A stretch of DNA of 64,000 nucleotides from an uncultured Clostridium sp. (GTDB lineage: Bacteria > Bacillota > Clostridia > TANB77 > CAG-508). Position numbers and translations under genes: made by a program. This document shows positions 21,593 through 33,141 of the stretch, piece after piece; within the stretch, counting starts at the first letter, position 1, and each line of letters starts with the position of its first letter. The stretch spans positions 2,856 through 66,855 of the forward strand of contig CASVZF010000002.1 of NCBI GenBank assembly GCA_949467015.1, given 5' to 3'. The notes under the pieces are model-generated. The model was not told the origin of the DNA, did no database searches, and saw nothing but the letters and a program-made list of their open reading frames with translations.

Positions 21593-22858
21593 CTAATCAC
21601 CTGCCTCTTTTTCAATTTCATTATCGAATTTAACTTCTATTTCTTTTGGATTTTCTGTGATAGTAGGGGAGTTATTTGCATCTTTCTCTAGTTGTTCAAA
21701 AATATGTAATCGTTCTATTTCCTCACCCACTACATCTCTTTTTTTTTCTTTTTCAGCAAGTTCCTTTAAGTCTGCTTTTTTGACAGTCCAAAGACATTCA
21801 TTTTCTTGCCTTTTCATAATATAGTTTTTACCACTTAAAGTTTCATAAGTTTGTTTTTCTTCATTTCCAACTTTAGTTTTAAAAGATACTAACTCATCTT
21901 GTGATTTAATATCCCATTGCATATTTTTATTATCATTTCCATATACATGTATCTGTCCTGAATTATTAAATCCTAGTTCATTGTATCTTTCTAAATGTTT
22001 ATTTTCAAAATATATATTTGCAACTTTTTGTTCATCATCATTTGCAACAACTTTTATTCCATAAGGTATATCAGCAACTTCAAGATCATCTTCTATTCGT
22101 AAGAAAGAAGAAAAAGGCATTGTATGAATACAATAGTCTTGTTTAAATTCTTGTGTTTCCACATTTCCTATTTCATGCAACTTAAATTTATCAGATAAAT
22201 TCCTTAATTGTTCAGCATTTAAATTTGATATGTCATCTTTCTTAATTTCTTCTATTGCAGCTTGTGTATTTTCATCAAATAATTCCTTAGAAAGACCGGT
22301 TCTATATTCAATAATGTCTGCTATTCTAGCCCCCATATAAACTGATTTTGATTTATTATAATAAAGGTTATAACGTTTGTCCTTATGATGTTCGATTGCA
22401 ATAGTTTGCTTTTCTTGATTTTTTTTAATTAAATTGTCTAATTGTAATATTTTTGCTACTTTAGGATAATTAGCTTTAAAATTACTCATTTGTTTGATTC
22501 TTCGAGCATATCTAGTTATCCTCTTTTGTTTGTGTAAGGATTTCTTTTTACCAAACTCACTATCTTCTGTAGATAATTTTCTTTCACTAGCAACTACACG
22601 AACACCATCCTTTTGACACTTTTCCATAATTTTAATTGTTTCATCATAGGACAGGTTAGTTAGTTTTTCTAATTCTTTAGTAGTCCCATCACTTTGTACT
22701 GCTCTAATACCTTCAACGAAATAGTGATAACTAAATATAGTAAGAGGTTTTAGAATATACCTAAAACTATATTTTAGACTATCTTTAATTCCAGTTTTAG
22801 TTGCTCTAGTAGCACCTTCGTAAACTTGTGTAGCATCTGATTTATTACTTGCCTGCAT
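21593..22858 (-). CDS. hypothetical ICE protein (PcfB-like position upstream of the T4CP)
   Basis: 421-aa ORF; no catalytic motif recognised. Confidence 0.45.
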   Translation of the reverse strand: MQASNKSDATQVYEGATRATKTGIKDSLKYSFRYILKPLTIFSYHYFVEGIRAVQSDGTTKELEKLTNLSYDETIKIMEKCQKDGVRVVASERKLSTEDSEFGKKKSLHKQKRITRYARRIKQMSNFKANYPKVAKILQLDNLIKKNQEKQTIAIEHHKDKRYNLYYNKSKSVYMGARIADIIEYRTGLSKELFDENTQAAIEEIKKDDISNLNAEQLRNLSDKFKLHEIGNVETQEFKQDYCIHTMPFSSFLRIEDDLEVADIPYGIKVVANDDEQKVANIYFENKHLERYNELGFNNSGQIHVYGNDNKNMQWDIKSQDELVSFKTKVGNEEKQTYETLSGKNYIMKRQENECLWTVKKADLKELAEKEKKRDVVGEEIERLHIFEQLEKDANNSPTITENPKEIEVKFDNEIEKEAGD

Positions 22859-25209
22859 TATGCCATCACCTCTTTTTCTCTTTGAACTTCATATACTTTA
22901 AAATACTTTTTATAGAACTCATCTAAAGTTAATCTAGCACTCCATTTTTTAGTGTTTTCATTAGTATTTACTTTGTATTCACTCATATTTGCTTGATTAG
23001 ATTGATTATTTAACAATTCTATCTTTTTATCATTTTTTCTATATAATTGCTTTGGTATAAATACTTGTGTTTCTTCACTTATTGGAAGATACATGCCTTT
23101 ATATGTTTCTTTTTCTTTACCAGATAAATTAATAAATATCGACATAGGATTCTTTGCTTTTGTTTCTTTAGTTTCAATCTCTGGTTCTGATTTTATTTTT
23201 TCAATTCCCTTTGTTTCTTCTTTTGAGATTTCTTTTATATTTTCACTACTTAAGCTAAGAATATTTTTATTATTATTAAAAACTAATAAAGTCTTGTATT
23301 TACCATTATTTACAAATTGCCTAGTCATTACAGATTTCATATCCTCTGTATAGGCTAAGGCATACCTAATAGCCTCCATAACATTATCATTAGTATATCT
23401 TGAAATAGCTTGTTCTTTAAATGCCTCTTTGTATGTTTTAGGAAATAATTTTTTAAACTGATCATTGCTATTAGAAACAAATATTTCTTCAAACTCATCT
23501 GGATTATTTTCAATATATTCTTTTACTTTGTTATCAAAACTTTCATTATATTGCTTAATTACCAGTTCCTTTTGTTCCATTGTTAATTCAAGATTTACAA
23601 TGTTGCCTTTTGAATCAAATGATTTTGCATTATTAAGCAAGTTTTCAAGAATAAAAGCCTTATCATTTTTGAAATTTATATAATCTTCTGTTTTAAAAAT
23701 ATAATTTCTAATATAACCACCTATGTTTATAGTTAATTCATTGCTTTTTAAATATTCTTCATTATTAAGAGATTCTTTCATTGAATCAACACTTAATTTT
23801 CCTAATTCAATATATTTTAATAAGACTTGGTCCTGATGCTTTGTTGCATAATTTTTAATTAATCCTAAAATGTAATGATAAAAGAATACATCTTTATATT
23901 TATCAACTCTATTTTCTAAATTAACTTTTGTAGGATTGATAATACTATCAATTTCATCACTTGTATAATTAGAATGATTAGAAATATATTCTTTAAAATT
24001 TAAAGTATCTTTTGTGTCTTTTATAAGTTTCTCTTTCCACATTTTATTGTATATACTGTGGATATTCTCAACTGTTAATTCTTTATTTTTAATATATTTA
24101 TATTGCAATAAAAAAGTAAATGCAGATATTTTGGTTTGGTATATCTTATCTCTTGGTATATTTGCTATTTGCAAATCTCCAAAATCCTTAAAATTACCTA
24201 ATTTCCTAATATCAAGAACATTTACTTTTATTTTTTGTTTTAATAATTCTGGAATAATTCTAATCATAGCATCTATTCCAGCTTGATCATTATCCAAACA
24301 AAGAGTAACTTCACATTTTAGTTTTTTTATCAAATCAATGTGTTCTTTAGTTAGAGCAGTTCCCATTGAACCAACTACATTATCAAATTTAATTGCTTTT
24401 GCAGAAATTACATCCATATATCCTTCAACAATAATTAATTCATCATTTCTAGCATAGGATTTAGCTCTATGATAATTAAAAAGCAAATTACTTTTATTAA
24501 ATAATTCTGTTTCCTTTGTATTTAAGTATTTAGGTTTAATTGTATCATTTATTGCTCTAGCACCAAAACCTACAGGATTTCCATTTGAATCAAAAATAGG
24601 TATTGTTATTCTATTACTAAAAACATCTATATAATCATTGTTATAATCTTTTACAAGTCCGACTTCTTTCAGATCATCCAAAGAATATTGGGATAAAAGA
24701 TTATTCATTATATTATTTGTACCCACATCAAATCCAATATGAAATTGATTAATTATTTCTGTAGATAAATTCCTATTTTTCAGATACTTTAAAGCATTTT
24801 GACAATCAATATTATTTACTTTTAAATTATTTTCGCTAATAGAAATTGCATCTCTTAAAATATTATTTAATCTTTGAGTCTTTTTTTGTTCTTCGGTTAA
24901 AGGTACAGTGTTATTGGGAATAACAATATTTAATCCCTGAATATCAATAGCTTTTTGCATTGCATCTTTAAAACTTATAGGATTGTGATTTACTTCATTT
25001 TCATATTTTTGGATAAATGAAATAGCATTCCCACCACTTCCACAAGAAAAACATTTTGCAATACCTTTTCCTTGATGAATACTCATAGATGGATGTGTAT
25101 CTGAATGAAAAGGACAAGTACATTTATTCTTAATTACTTTCAATCCATAGTATTCTAATACTGTTTGGATTTTAGAACTATTTAATATTTCATCATAAAT
25201 ATCACTCAT
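22858..25209 (-). CDS. DnaG-type DNA primase (CHC2 zinc finger + TOPRIM) of the conjugative element
   Basis: 783 aa; CPFHSDTHPS..CFSCGSGGNAISF zinc-binding; EGYMDVIS..LDNDQAGIDA TOPRIM motifs. Confidence 0.8.
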   Translation of the reverse strand: MSDIYDEILNSSKIQTVLEYYGLKVIKNKCTCPFHSDTHPSMSIHQGKGIAKCFSCGSGGNAISFIQKYENEVNHNPISFKDAMQKAIDIQGLNIVIPNNTVPLTEEQKKTQRLNNILRDAISISENNLKVNNIDCQNALKYLKNRNLSTEIINQFHIGFDVGTNNIMNNLLSQYSLDDLKEVGLVKDYNNDYIDVFSNRITIPIFDSNGNPVGFGARAINDTIKPKYLNTKETELFNKSNLLFNYHRAKSYARNDELIIVEGYMDVISAKAIKFDNVVGSMGTALTKEHIDLIKKLKCEVTLCLDNDQAGIDAMIRIIPELLKQKIKVNVLDIRKLGNFKDFGDLQIANIPRDKIYQTKISAFTFLLQYKYIKNKELTVENIHSIYNKMWKEKLIKDTKDTLNFKEYISNHSNYTSDEIDSIINPTKVNLENRVDKYKDVFFYHYILGLIKNYATKHQDQVLLKYIELGKLSVDSMKESLNNEEYLKSNELTINIGGYIRNYIFKTEDYINFKNDKAFILENLLNNAKSFDSKGNIVNLELTMEQKELVIKQYNESFDNKVKEYIENNPDEFEEIFVSNSNDQFKKLFPKTYKEAFKEQAISRYTNDNVMEAIRYALAYTEDMKSVMTRQFVNNGKYKTLLVFNNNKNILSLSSENIKEISKEETKGIEKIKSEPEIETKETKAKNPMSIFINLSGKEKETYKGMYLPISEETQVFIPKQLYRKNDKKIELLNNQSNQANMSEYKVNTNENTKKWSARLTLDEFYKKYFKVYEVQREKEVMA

Positions 25210-25643
25210 ATATCTATATCCTCCATATTATCTTCTAGACCTTCAATTTGTTTATCTAATAGAAGCCCTTTTATATAATCATCATCAAAATCTCTTATCA
25301 TATTAGGATATTCCAAATATATATTTTCATCCTTTTCTCCATCATAAGACTGTTCTTCACAATCATCATAACTTTCTCCAATTCTCATATATCTATAAGA
25401 ATAATTATTATCTTCTAAATATTCTAAACCTTTCATAATTGCATCAACATCATTATAACCATCATACCATTTCACATAATCCCATCCAAAGTAGCATTGC
25501 TCTTTACCTTCTACCATTAAGTCTAAATCTTTTAATAAATCATAGTCTTTATTTTTATTTTCTAAATATTTTTTTGCAAATTCAGATAATACTTTGAATC
25601 CTTCTTTGCTAGTTGTTATTCTTATATCTGATCTATATCCCAT
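25206..25643 (-). CDS. hypothetical acidic protein
   Basis: 145-aa ORF ending ...EDNMEDIDI. Confidence 0.5.
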   Translation of the reverse strand: MGYRSDIRITTSKEGFKVLSEFAKKYLENKNKDYDLLKDLDLMVEGKEQCYFGWDYVKWYDGYNDVDAIMKGLEYLEDNNYSYRYMRIGESYDDCEEQSYDGEKDENIYLEYPNMIRDFDDDYIKGLLLDKQIEGLEDNMEDIDI

Positions 25644-25646
25644 AAA

Positions 25647-26084
25647 CTATACCACCTCCAATTCCAGAAAAGTTTTTATATGATGTTCTAATAGTGAATC
25701 ATCTTTATTACTAACAAATAATAAAAATATTTCCTTTGCTTTAGGATCAAAGATGGTAACTATAATAGTTGTATCTTTTCTTAATATTTGTATAAGATCG
25801 TAAATTTGCTTTGTAGAGTATTTTTCATTAAGATTAAAAGAAAGATATTTTATAATATTAAAAGGCTTTAATATTCTCCTTGCTACAGTATATACATCTC
25901 TACTGATAACAGTATCTTTTTCTATTTGTTCAAAGTATATGTCATCAAATATTAAGTAATATGCACCAAGTTTTGTTTTTTCCATTAATAAAGTTCTTAA
26001 ATCTTCAAAATTATATATTATATTTGATTGTATAAAAATCCCTCCTTTATTAGAAAAGAGTGGGAGATAGTTCCCACTCATCAA
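25647..26084 (-). CDS. hypothetical protein
   Basis: 145-aa ORF. Confidence 0.5.
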   Translation of the reverse strand: MMSGNYLPLFSNKGGIFIQSNIIYNFEDLRTLLMEKTKLGAYYLIFDDIYFEQIEKDTVISRDVYTVARRILKPFNIIKYLSFNLNEKYSTKQIYDLIQILRKDTTIIVTIFDPKAKEIFLLFVSNKDDSLLEHHIKTFLELEVV

Positions 26085-29000
26085 TTAATTATTTTCTTTT
26101 TTTCTCTTTTTTAATAATACAATTCCTGTAGTAATTCCAATTAAAGAAATACCCATTAATCCTAACAATAGAGGATAATTCATTTCATTACCTGTTTGAA
26201 TTGCTGGAAGTAATGAGTTATAGTAAACAAAACTATATACTCCATTTGATTCTTCTAAAGAAGTGCCATCAACAAATACACCTTTTTCATTGATTTCAAT
26301 TTTAACCACTTGATCAGATAATTTATATCCTAAAGGTGCTTTTCCGTTCTTTTATATAGAATGTGCCAAATCTTAAATCTTCAAATAATGCAGTTCCTTC
26401 AAATTCGTTTGCACCAACAGTTTTTATAAGTTTAGTACAAGCCTCATCTTCATAAAGGTTAAATTCAAATTTGTTAGATTTAATATGCTCACCAGTAGCT
26501 TTATCTATTTTTTCTACTTGAACAGATTTTAATATAGGCATATCTTTCATTTCTATAACTTGTGTTTCCTTGTCAGTAGTTACTGTAAAAGTAATGCTTT
26601 CTGCAACCTCAAATCCGTATGGTGCTGTCTTTTCAGTCAATACATAAGTTTTATTTTCTTCCAAATTATTGACATGATGAGGTTCTTTGCTAGAAATCCA
26701 TTCATCAACAACATTACCATCTTCATCTGTTACAACTAATTCAGCACCTTCAATTTCTTCACCAGTAGTTAGATCTGTTTTAGTTACATCAACTACTTTA
26801 TCAATCATAACTACTTTCTGAGTTTCTTTATCTGGTGTTACTGTGAATTCTACATCTGTAGCTTTTACGAATCCATCTACACAGATTTCTTCGTGTAAAA
26901 TATAAGTTTCATTTTCAATTAATCCACTTATTTTATGAGGTTCTTTACCAGAAACCCATTTATCAACTATATTTTTTGTCTTTGTGTTTGTTACAACTAT
27001 TGTAGCACCTTCAATTTCATCACCTGAAATATCTTGTTTACTCATTTCTACCACTTTATCTAATAATACAATTTCTTGTGTTTCCTTATCTGTAGTTACT
27101 GTAAACTCTACATCTGTTGCAACTACAAAAGTGTCTGGTGCATATAATTCATGTAATACATATTTTTTATTTTCTTCCAAATTTGAAATATGATGAGGTT
27201 CTTTTGTTGAAACCCAACTATCAACAATTTCGTTATTTTCGTTTGTTACACTCATTTCAGCACCTTCGATTTCATTTCCACCAATATCTTGTTTAGACAT
27301 TGTTACAATTTTGTCGATCATTTCAACCTTTTGAGTTTCTTTATCTGGTGTTACTGTAAACTCTATATCTGTAGCTTTTACATATCCCTCTACAGATATT
27401 TCTTCGTGCAATATATAAGTTTCATTTTCTACCAAATTATTGATTCTGTGAGGCTCTTTGCCAGAAGCCCACTCATCAACAATATTATTTTCTTTATCTA
27501 ATACTTGAATTTTTGCACCTTCTAATTCTTCGCCTACAATATTCTTCTTAGACATTTCTACGATTTTATCAATCATAATTACTGATTGAACATCTTTTGT
27601 ATTATTAATAGTAAATTTAACATCAGTAGCCTTTACGAAACCATCTACACAGATTTCTTCATGTAGTGTGTATGTTTTATTAACTAATAATCCTTCTATT
27701 GTATGAGGTGTTTTAGTTGATACCCATTCATCAACAATATTGTTATTTTCATCAATTATTTGTAAGGTAGCACCTTCTATTTCTTCGCCACCAATATCTT
27801 GTTTAGATATTTCTACAATAGTTGTATCATTAACAATTTCTCTTGTTTCAGTATATACTTTTGTAGTAGTATCTTTTTGTGTAAATCTAACTTCGTGTCT
27901 AGTTTCATCTAAAACTAATCCAGGTAATGTTTCACATTCATAAAATTCATAGCAACCTATAGGAAGGTCTGCTATTGTTAGAGTTCCTTCTTTTGAAAGA
28001 TTATATGTTCCAATTTCTTTTCCAGCCTCATGAATAACACTACCATCTGCCATATCAATTACATTTTCTTTTGCTACTAACTTAAATTTAATTTTACTTA
28101 AATCACTAACATCTACTAGAGAAGTATCAACATTTTCTCTTAATGCTACAGATTTATCAATTACTAATTTTGCAGTAGGCTGTTCGTTTTTTACAGTTAC
28201 AGTTATCCAAGCATCTAGATCCTTGTCATAATTTAATGTTTTATTTCTATTATTAACATCAAAAATCAATTCTTCATCTAATTGTAAGAAACCTGATGGA
28301 ATTGAGATTTCATCCACTTTATAGCGGCCTGCCTCCAACTTATTCTCTGTTCTAGCAATTCCTTCTCTATCGGTAGTCCAAGAAGTAAAATAGTCCTTTC
28401 CAACTTTACAAGTTATTTTTTCCCAAGTATTATTTTCTTCATTTAATTTGTATAAAGAAAATGTTGCATTAGATAATGTAACAACTTTTCCAGTTTTCTT
28501 GTCTTGTTTAATTAGTTTGATATATGCAGTAAATGGTAAATCATTTGCAACCATTTCTTTTACTGGTGTTTTACTGTCTTTATCTATTGTTACATAGAAT
28601 TCTTCAACAGTTTCTATTTCTGGTGAAGGTGTGTAAGTTTCATTTACTGTATAATCCCCGGTATGCCAATAAACCAGATACTCCATGTCCATTACTTCCA
28701 GTTTTAAAAATAGAATATTCATCTTTTGCATATTGGTCTAAATGTTTTAAAGCCTCATCAAAACTACCATAATATTCCACATATTTTGTAAGAATTGCTG
28801 TAAATTCAGCACCTTCAACAACGTCAGTAACAGTATTATTGTTTGAACTTACTTTTATAACTTCAAAAGGTGCTTTTTGAACCTTATTTGATACAGTACC
28901 TGATAAAGTTATCACTTTTGTATTAGCATCTTTATATGTGAAAGTATGCTTATAAGTATTTGTATCTTGTGTATATCCGTTTTGGTACAGTTGTTTCATA

Positions 29001-30446
29001 ACAACGGAATCTACCCATAGGAAGTCCTGTTATTTTATCACCTTTAACTGAAATATTAGCAGTTGTATTTGTATTTATTATTTTTACACTTGCAACCCCA
29101 TTTTTATTAAAAGTAAATGTTGCTATTGGATCATTTGCAGAAAAATATTTTACAGTCCTTTTAACATTGTATATATCTTCATCTGCATATAAAGTATATA
29201 CTGCTCCTTCTAATGAAGCATCTCCATGATGAACTGTACCATCAACTCTTTTGTTGTTTCCAGTATCAATATCAATTTTGGTTAAAGATAATTCTCCTGT
29301 AGGCTCTTTATTTACTATTGCTTGTGGTGTTGTTTGATTTGGTTTAACCTCTGCTGTATATGTTTCAGTATTTATTAGATAGCCTGTTCCTACTGATTTT
29401 TCTGTGATAGTGTATGTTCCTTTTTTGATTTTTTCTAATAAAATTTTTCCGTTTTTTACTTCAACATCTCCATTATATCCAGGACCCTTAACTGTGAATA
29501 CAGCATTATCTACTAAATCACCATTAGTGTTTAATTTTGTTAATTCTAAATTTCCTAGTAAATTTATTTTTAAGGAAAATGCTAGAGTTGTTGGATCATT
29601 ATAATTTAAAGCATATAACTGATCTTGAACATCATCAGCAAAAGAAAAATATATTGTTGTATCATGATCTTCTGTTTCTTCCTTAATTAATCCCCATCCA
29701 AGTGTTGTTGCATCAGAAATGTTTAATCTTTCTGTATCACAATCATCATTAACTGTTATTTTCATTGTATTCTCACCATAAGAATGTTGGAATCTAACAC
29801 CATTAGTTGTTTTATCAATACTTTTATATGATGCTAATACTCCATTCGTATCAGTAACTGTTATACTTTCACCTGCAGTTACTTCTAATGTTTTAGCATC
29901 AAAGCTTGGTCTAGCAGACATATTATTTATTTTAGAATTTATATCACGTTTAAATTCGTTATATTCTGCTTGAATACTTGAATTAACAAATGATGCAGAA
30001 CTTTGACCAAGTGTTTCCCAAATATATTGTTGAGTTAAAGCATAGTCATGCTTTGCAGTTGCAGACATTCCTCCATTTATAACATAATCTCCATATTTTG
30101 AGTACCATCCAAAATAAGCAACTTTACAAGCTCTTTTTACTTTTTCACTTGTAGGCGTATAATAATTTCCATTTTCTTTTACTCCTGTTGCTATATCTAC
30201 ACCATGTTCAGAACAGAAAACTGTTTTAGAAACGCCCGTATTTACATTTGTTATTTTTCTTATAATTATTCCAAACTCTGTATTTCTATTATCTGTAGTG
30301 AATATATATGAAGCAAATTGACCTGCAACAAATGTACCATTTCCTGATACTGCAAGAACAGGACTGATACTACTAAATAATGTCATTATAAGTAGCAATA
30401 TTGCAATAAATTTTCTTGATATAATTAAATTATTTTTTTTCTCCAA
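26085..30446 (-). CDS. large surface adhesin: signal peptide, putative thioester domain, six tandem Cna-B-like repeats, C-terminal sorting signal (four ORF fragments joined by removing a C at 28979, 28660 and 26346)
   Basis: N-terminal signal peptide. TVFCSEHGV and TQQYIWE are thioester-domain-like. Six ~76-aa repeats (KQDIGGEEIEGA...HEEICVDGFVKATDV..FTV). C-terminus ends LPAIQTGNEMNYPLLLGLMGISLIGITTGIVLLKKRKKENN. Restored junctions: TVPK-G-YTQDTNTYKH, GLLAY-G-DYTVNETYTPSP and YIKE-G-KAPLGYKLSDQ. Confidence 0.7.
26650..28000 (-). repeat. ~230-bp tandem coding repeats (Cna-B-type domains) inside the adhesin gene
   Basis: six near-identical protein repeats in the 802-aa ORF; visible periodicity in the DNA. 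Confidence 0.5.
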
Positions 30447-30505
30447 TTTTAAGTTTCCTCCTTTAAATTTGTAATAAAAAAGAACAAGATTTACTTGCTC
30501 TTAAT

Positions 30506-31075
30506 TTAAATTAATGAAAAACAACTCGCATACCGATAGAAAACTCCTTCATCATCCTTTAAAGGAATACACTCACCAGCAAATCCACTTGATTTTAAAT
30601 AATCTTGTGCTACTTGTGATACATTATCCATTGTGTAACCTTCTGTGAATAAGAAATCCTTATTAGAAGGTTTCTGCGATTTTGCTTGTTCCTTTTTTGA
30701 TGATGCTGTAGGTTTATCGTTTTGAGTTGCCTCACTTTTATTTTGTTTGTTTGCATTATTTTCAATCTTTGATTGATTTTCTACAACCTTATTTTCTTTA
30801 TCATTCTTATTAGATATTTCAGAAATTGGTGGTGATGCAGTATTATCAATAACATTATTATTGGTAATTTCATTAACTATGTTTTCCTCTTGAACATTGA
30901 TTTCATTATTTATAATAGTATTTTCATTTGTATTTTCATTTATATTTTTAAGATATGATCTAGAAAGCAACATACCTATAAAAACAACTATGAATATAAC
31001 TATGAAGATAATAATCCTTCTTTTTTTAATATCTTGTAAATATAGTTCAAGTAATTTCTCATCTTCTTTATTCAA
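30506..31075 (-). CDS. membrane-anchored protein with low-complexity Asn/Lys-rich linker
   Basis: 189 aa; TM IIIFIVIFIVVFIGML; C-terminal region contains in-frame CGG (FYRYAS) so the true C-terminus is uncertain. Confidence 0.45.
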   Translation of the reverse strand: MNKEDEKLLELYLQDIKKRRIIIFIVIFIVVFIGMLLSRSYLKNINENTNENTIINNEINVQEENIVNEITNNNVIDNTASPPISEISNKNDKENKVVENQSKIENNANKQNKSEATQNDKPTASSKKEQAKSQKPSNKDFLFTEGYTMDNVSQVAQDYLKSSGFAGECIPLKDDEGVFYRYASCFSLI

Positions 31076-31272
31076 GATGCTTTTCCTCCAATACTATTTA
31101 AAAAGTCCGTAGAATTGTTTTGCAATTTCTCATAATCCTTTTTAAATGAATATAATTTTTTTAATTTTGCATCTAAGTCATCAATTTCTGTTTGGATTGC
31201 AGTTTGTTTGTCTAATTTAACTTGTTTTTGTTGTTCTAATTTTTGAATTTTTAATAAAATCTTTTTTAACAT
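31072..31272 (-). CDS. small coiled-coil protein
   Basis: 66-aa K/E/Q-rich ORF. Confidence 0.35.
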   Translation of the reverse strand: MLKKILLKIQKLEQQKQVKLDKQTAIQTEIDDLDAKLKKLYSFKKDYEKLQNNSTDFLNSIGGKAS

Positions 31273-31281
31273 AAATCCTCC

Positions 31282-31644
31282 TTAATATTCATATTCTGGG
31301 GAAGTATCATCTTTTTCTAAGGTTTTATTTGATAAGTCAATTTCATTTTGGATGAAATCATAAAGATCATCATGTTCCAAAGTAGCCATTTTAGCTGAAA
31401 TATCCAATATTTCTTTTTGATATTTCTTAGTCATAAGTAAATTATTATCACCATTTTCTTCAATATCTTTTAATAATCCATCATAATATTCTTTATCTAA
31501 CAAATTTACTCTGCCATGATCTAATAAAATATACATAGCAGCTATATTTTGAATATTATCATTTCTATTTATAACCTTTTTGTAATTTTTTTCTTTCAAG
31601 TTTACCTCCATAATAAAAAGCCAAGAATAAATCTTGACTTTCAA
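31282..31644 (-). CDS. hypothetical protein ending ...SPEYEY (start probably at internal Met, MEVNLKEK)
   Basis: 120-aa ORF. Confidence 0.45.
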   Translation of the reverse strand: MKVKIYSWLFIMEVNLKEKNYKKVINRNDNIQNIAAMYILLDHGRVNLLDKEYYDGLLKDIEENGDNNLLMTKKYQKEILDISAKMATLEHDDLYDFIQNEIDLSNKTLEKDDTSPEYEY

Positions 31645-31656
31645 ATTTTTTACTTA

Positions 31657-32319
31657 TTATCTATAATAAAGATTAATAGTCCATTTGTCACAATACATAC
31701 AAGACCATTCTTCATGACCATAAGGGCAATTAGCATAATATTTATCACTTTCATCTGGATGTTCATTCCAATAATTATCCCAATAGTTTATCTTGTTATT
31801 ATAATAAGCTATTGCATCACTTTTACTTGCAAACCACTGACCAGAGTTACCAACATTCATTCCATGATTACTATTATTAGTACATCTTGTAGGAGTTTGT
31901 GGTGCCGATGGCGTTTCAGCTTTTTCTACATTCTTAGTTGTGGATTGTTCTGTAGATTTAGTATTTTTCACATTTGATGAAGAAGTTGTAGCTTTAGTTT
32001 TTGTGTTATTTTTAGTTGATGCAGCACTTTTACTTGAAGTTGTTTGAGTAGTAGCAGTTTGACTTACAGTTTTTTCTATTGTAGCATCTTCTTTATTGAT
32101 ATTTTCTTCTTTTACTTCAACTTCTGTTTCTGTAGGTACAATATCTGGTTTTTGTTCTACTTCATTCACATTAGTATTACTTGCAGAAATATCTATAATA
32201 TTTTCATCTGCTAAACTTATAGATTCATCCTTCGGATGAAAAAGATAAAACACTCCAATAGCACTACTTACTAACAATATTAATATAATTAATACAATTA
32301 TAAAAACTTTCTTTTTCAT
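31657..32319 (-). CDS. secreted/membrane-anchored Ser/Thr-rich protein with Cys/Trp/Tyr-rich C-terminal domain
   Basis: 220 aa; N-terminal TM; poly-S/T linker; C-terminal CTNNSNHG...CPYGHEEWSCMYCDKW. Confidence 0.5.
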   Translation of the reverse strand: MKKKVFIIVLIILILLVSSAIGVFYLFHPKDESISLADENIIDISASNTNVNEVEQKPDIVPTETEVEVKEENINKEDATIEKTVSQTATTQTTSSKSAASTKNNTKTKATTSSSNVKNTKSTEQSTTKNVEKAETPSAPQTPTRCTNNSNHGMNVGNSGQWFASKSDAIAYYNNKINYWDNYWNEHPDESDKYYANCPYGHEEWSCMYCDKWTINLYYR

Positions 32320-32387
32320 AAGACATCACCTCTTAATATAATAATAACGTGCTCTTTTGAATTTGTCAGCCCTTTTTCCACAATTTA

Positions 32388-33119
32388 TTATTCTATTGGA
32401 TTAATACTAGCAATAATATAGTATCTCTGATCTGTTGGTCTTGTTTTTGCATTTATATAAGAACAAGTAGAGAGTTTCACTATATTGGTAGAGTTATTCA
32501 TAGTATCTAAATTATATTCACTAGCTTTTTTATAATATTTCATTCTTTCATTAAATTCTAATTGCTTAATATTATTATTTTCTTTTTCTATACCAATAGA
32601 ATAAACACTAAAAATAGTTCCTTCATAATTTATAGTTGGCGTATATATTTTTATTTTAAGATGAGAATAAAGAAAATCTTTATTCAAATATTTATCTAAC
32701 ATAGAAAACATACTTCCATTTTTCATATTATGACCATATATAATTGTTTCTTCATCTATAAATGGATTCTTGTTTGTTGTAAATATAGAACCACTTGAAC
32801 TATAGCTTTTATTATAAGAATGTTTAAGATAAAATAGATTACTATTATCTTGTAGAATTGGATAATTAATTTTAGTATCTTCAATTTCTATCCATCCAAT
32901 AATATCCTCATTGATAGATTGTAAATGATTCCAATCAATAGAAGATTCTTTTGTATTTGGATTTATTTCAATTACATTTTCAATTAATTCATTATTAGAT
33001 TTTTCATTTTCTTTATACGAAAAATAATCTTTAATAATAAAATATGAAACTATAATAAAAACTACTAAAAAACTAATTATCGTACACTTAATTATTACAT
33101 TTTTAATTTTACACATCAA
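32388..33119 (-). CDS. srtB: class B sortase
   Basis: 243 aa; N-terminal TM; IYGHNM and LSTCSY catalytic motifs. Confidence 0.75.
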   Translation of the reverse strand: MMCKIKNVIIKCTIISFLVVFIIVSYFIIKDYFSYKENEKSNNELIENVIEINPNTKESSIDWNHLQSINEDIIGWIEIEDTKINYPILQDNSNLFYLKHSYNKSYSSSGSIFTTNKNPFIDEETIIYGHNMKNGSMFSMLDKYLNKDFLYSHLKIKIYTPTINYEGTIFSVYSIGIEKENNNIKQLEFNERMKYYKKASEYNLDTMNNSTNIVKLSTCSYINAKTRPTDQRYYIIASINPIE

Positions 33120-33141
33120 CTCCTTTCATTTTTTTATTTAT

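Noticed and set aside
26650-28000. Tandem repeats as a possible CRISPR array
   Set aside because: ~230-bp units, all within one coding frame, encoding Cna-B domains; no short repeat-spacer periodicity anywhere in the window.
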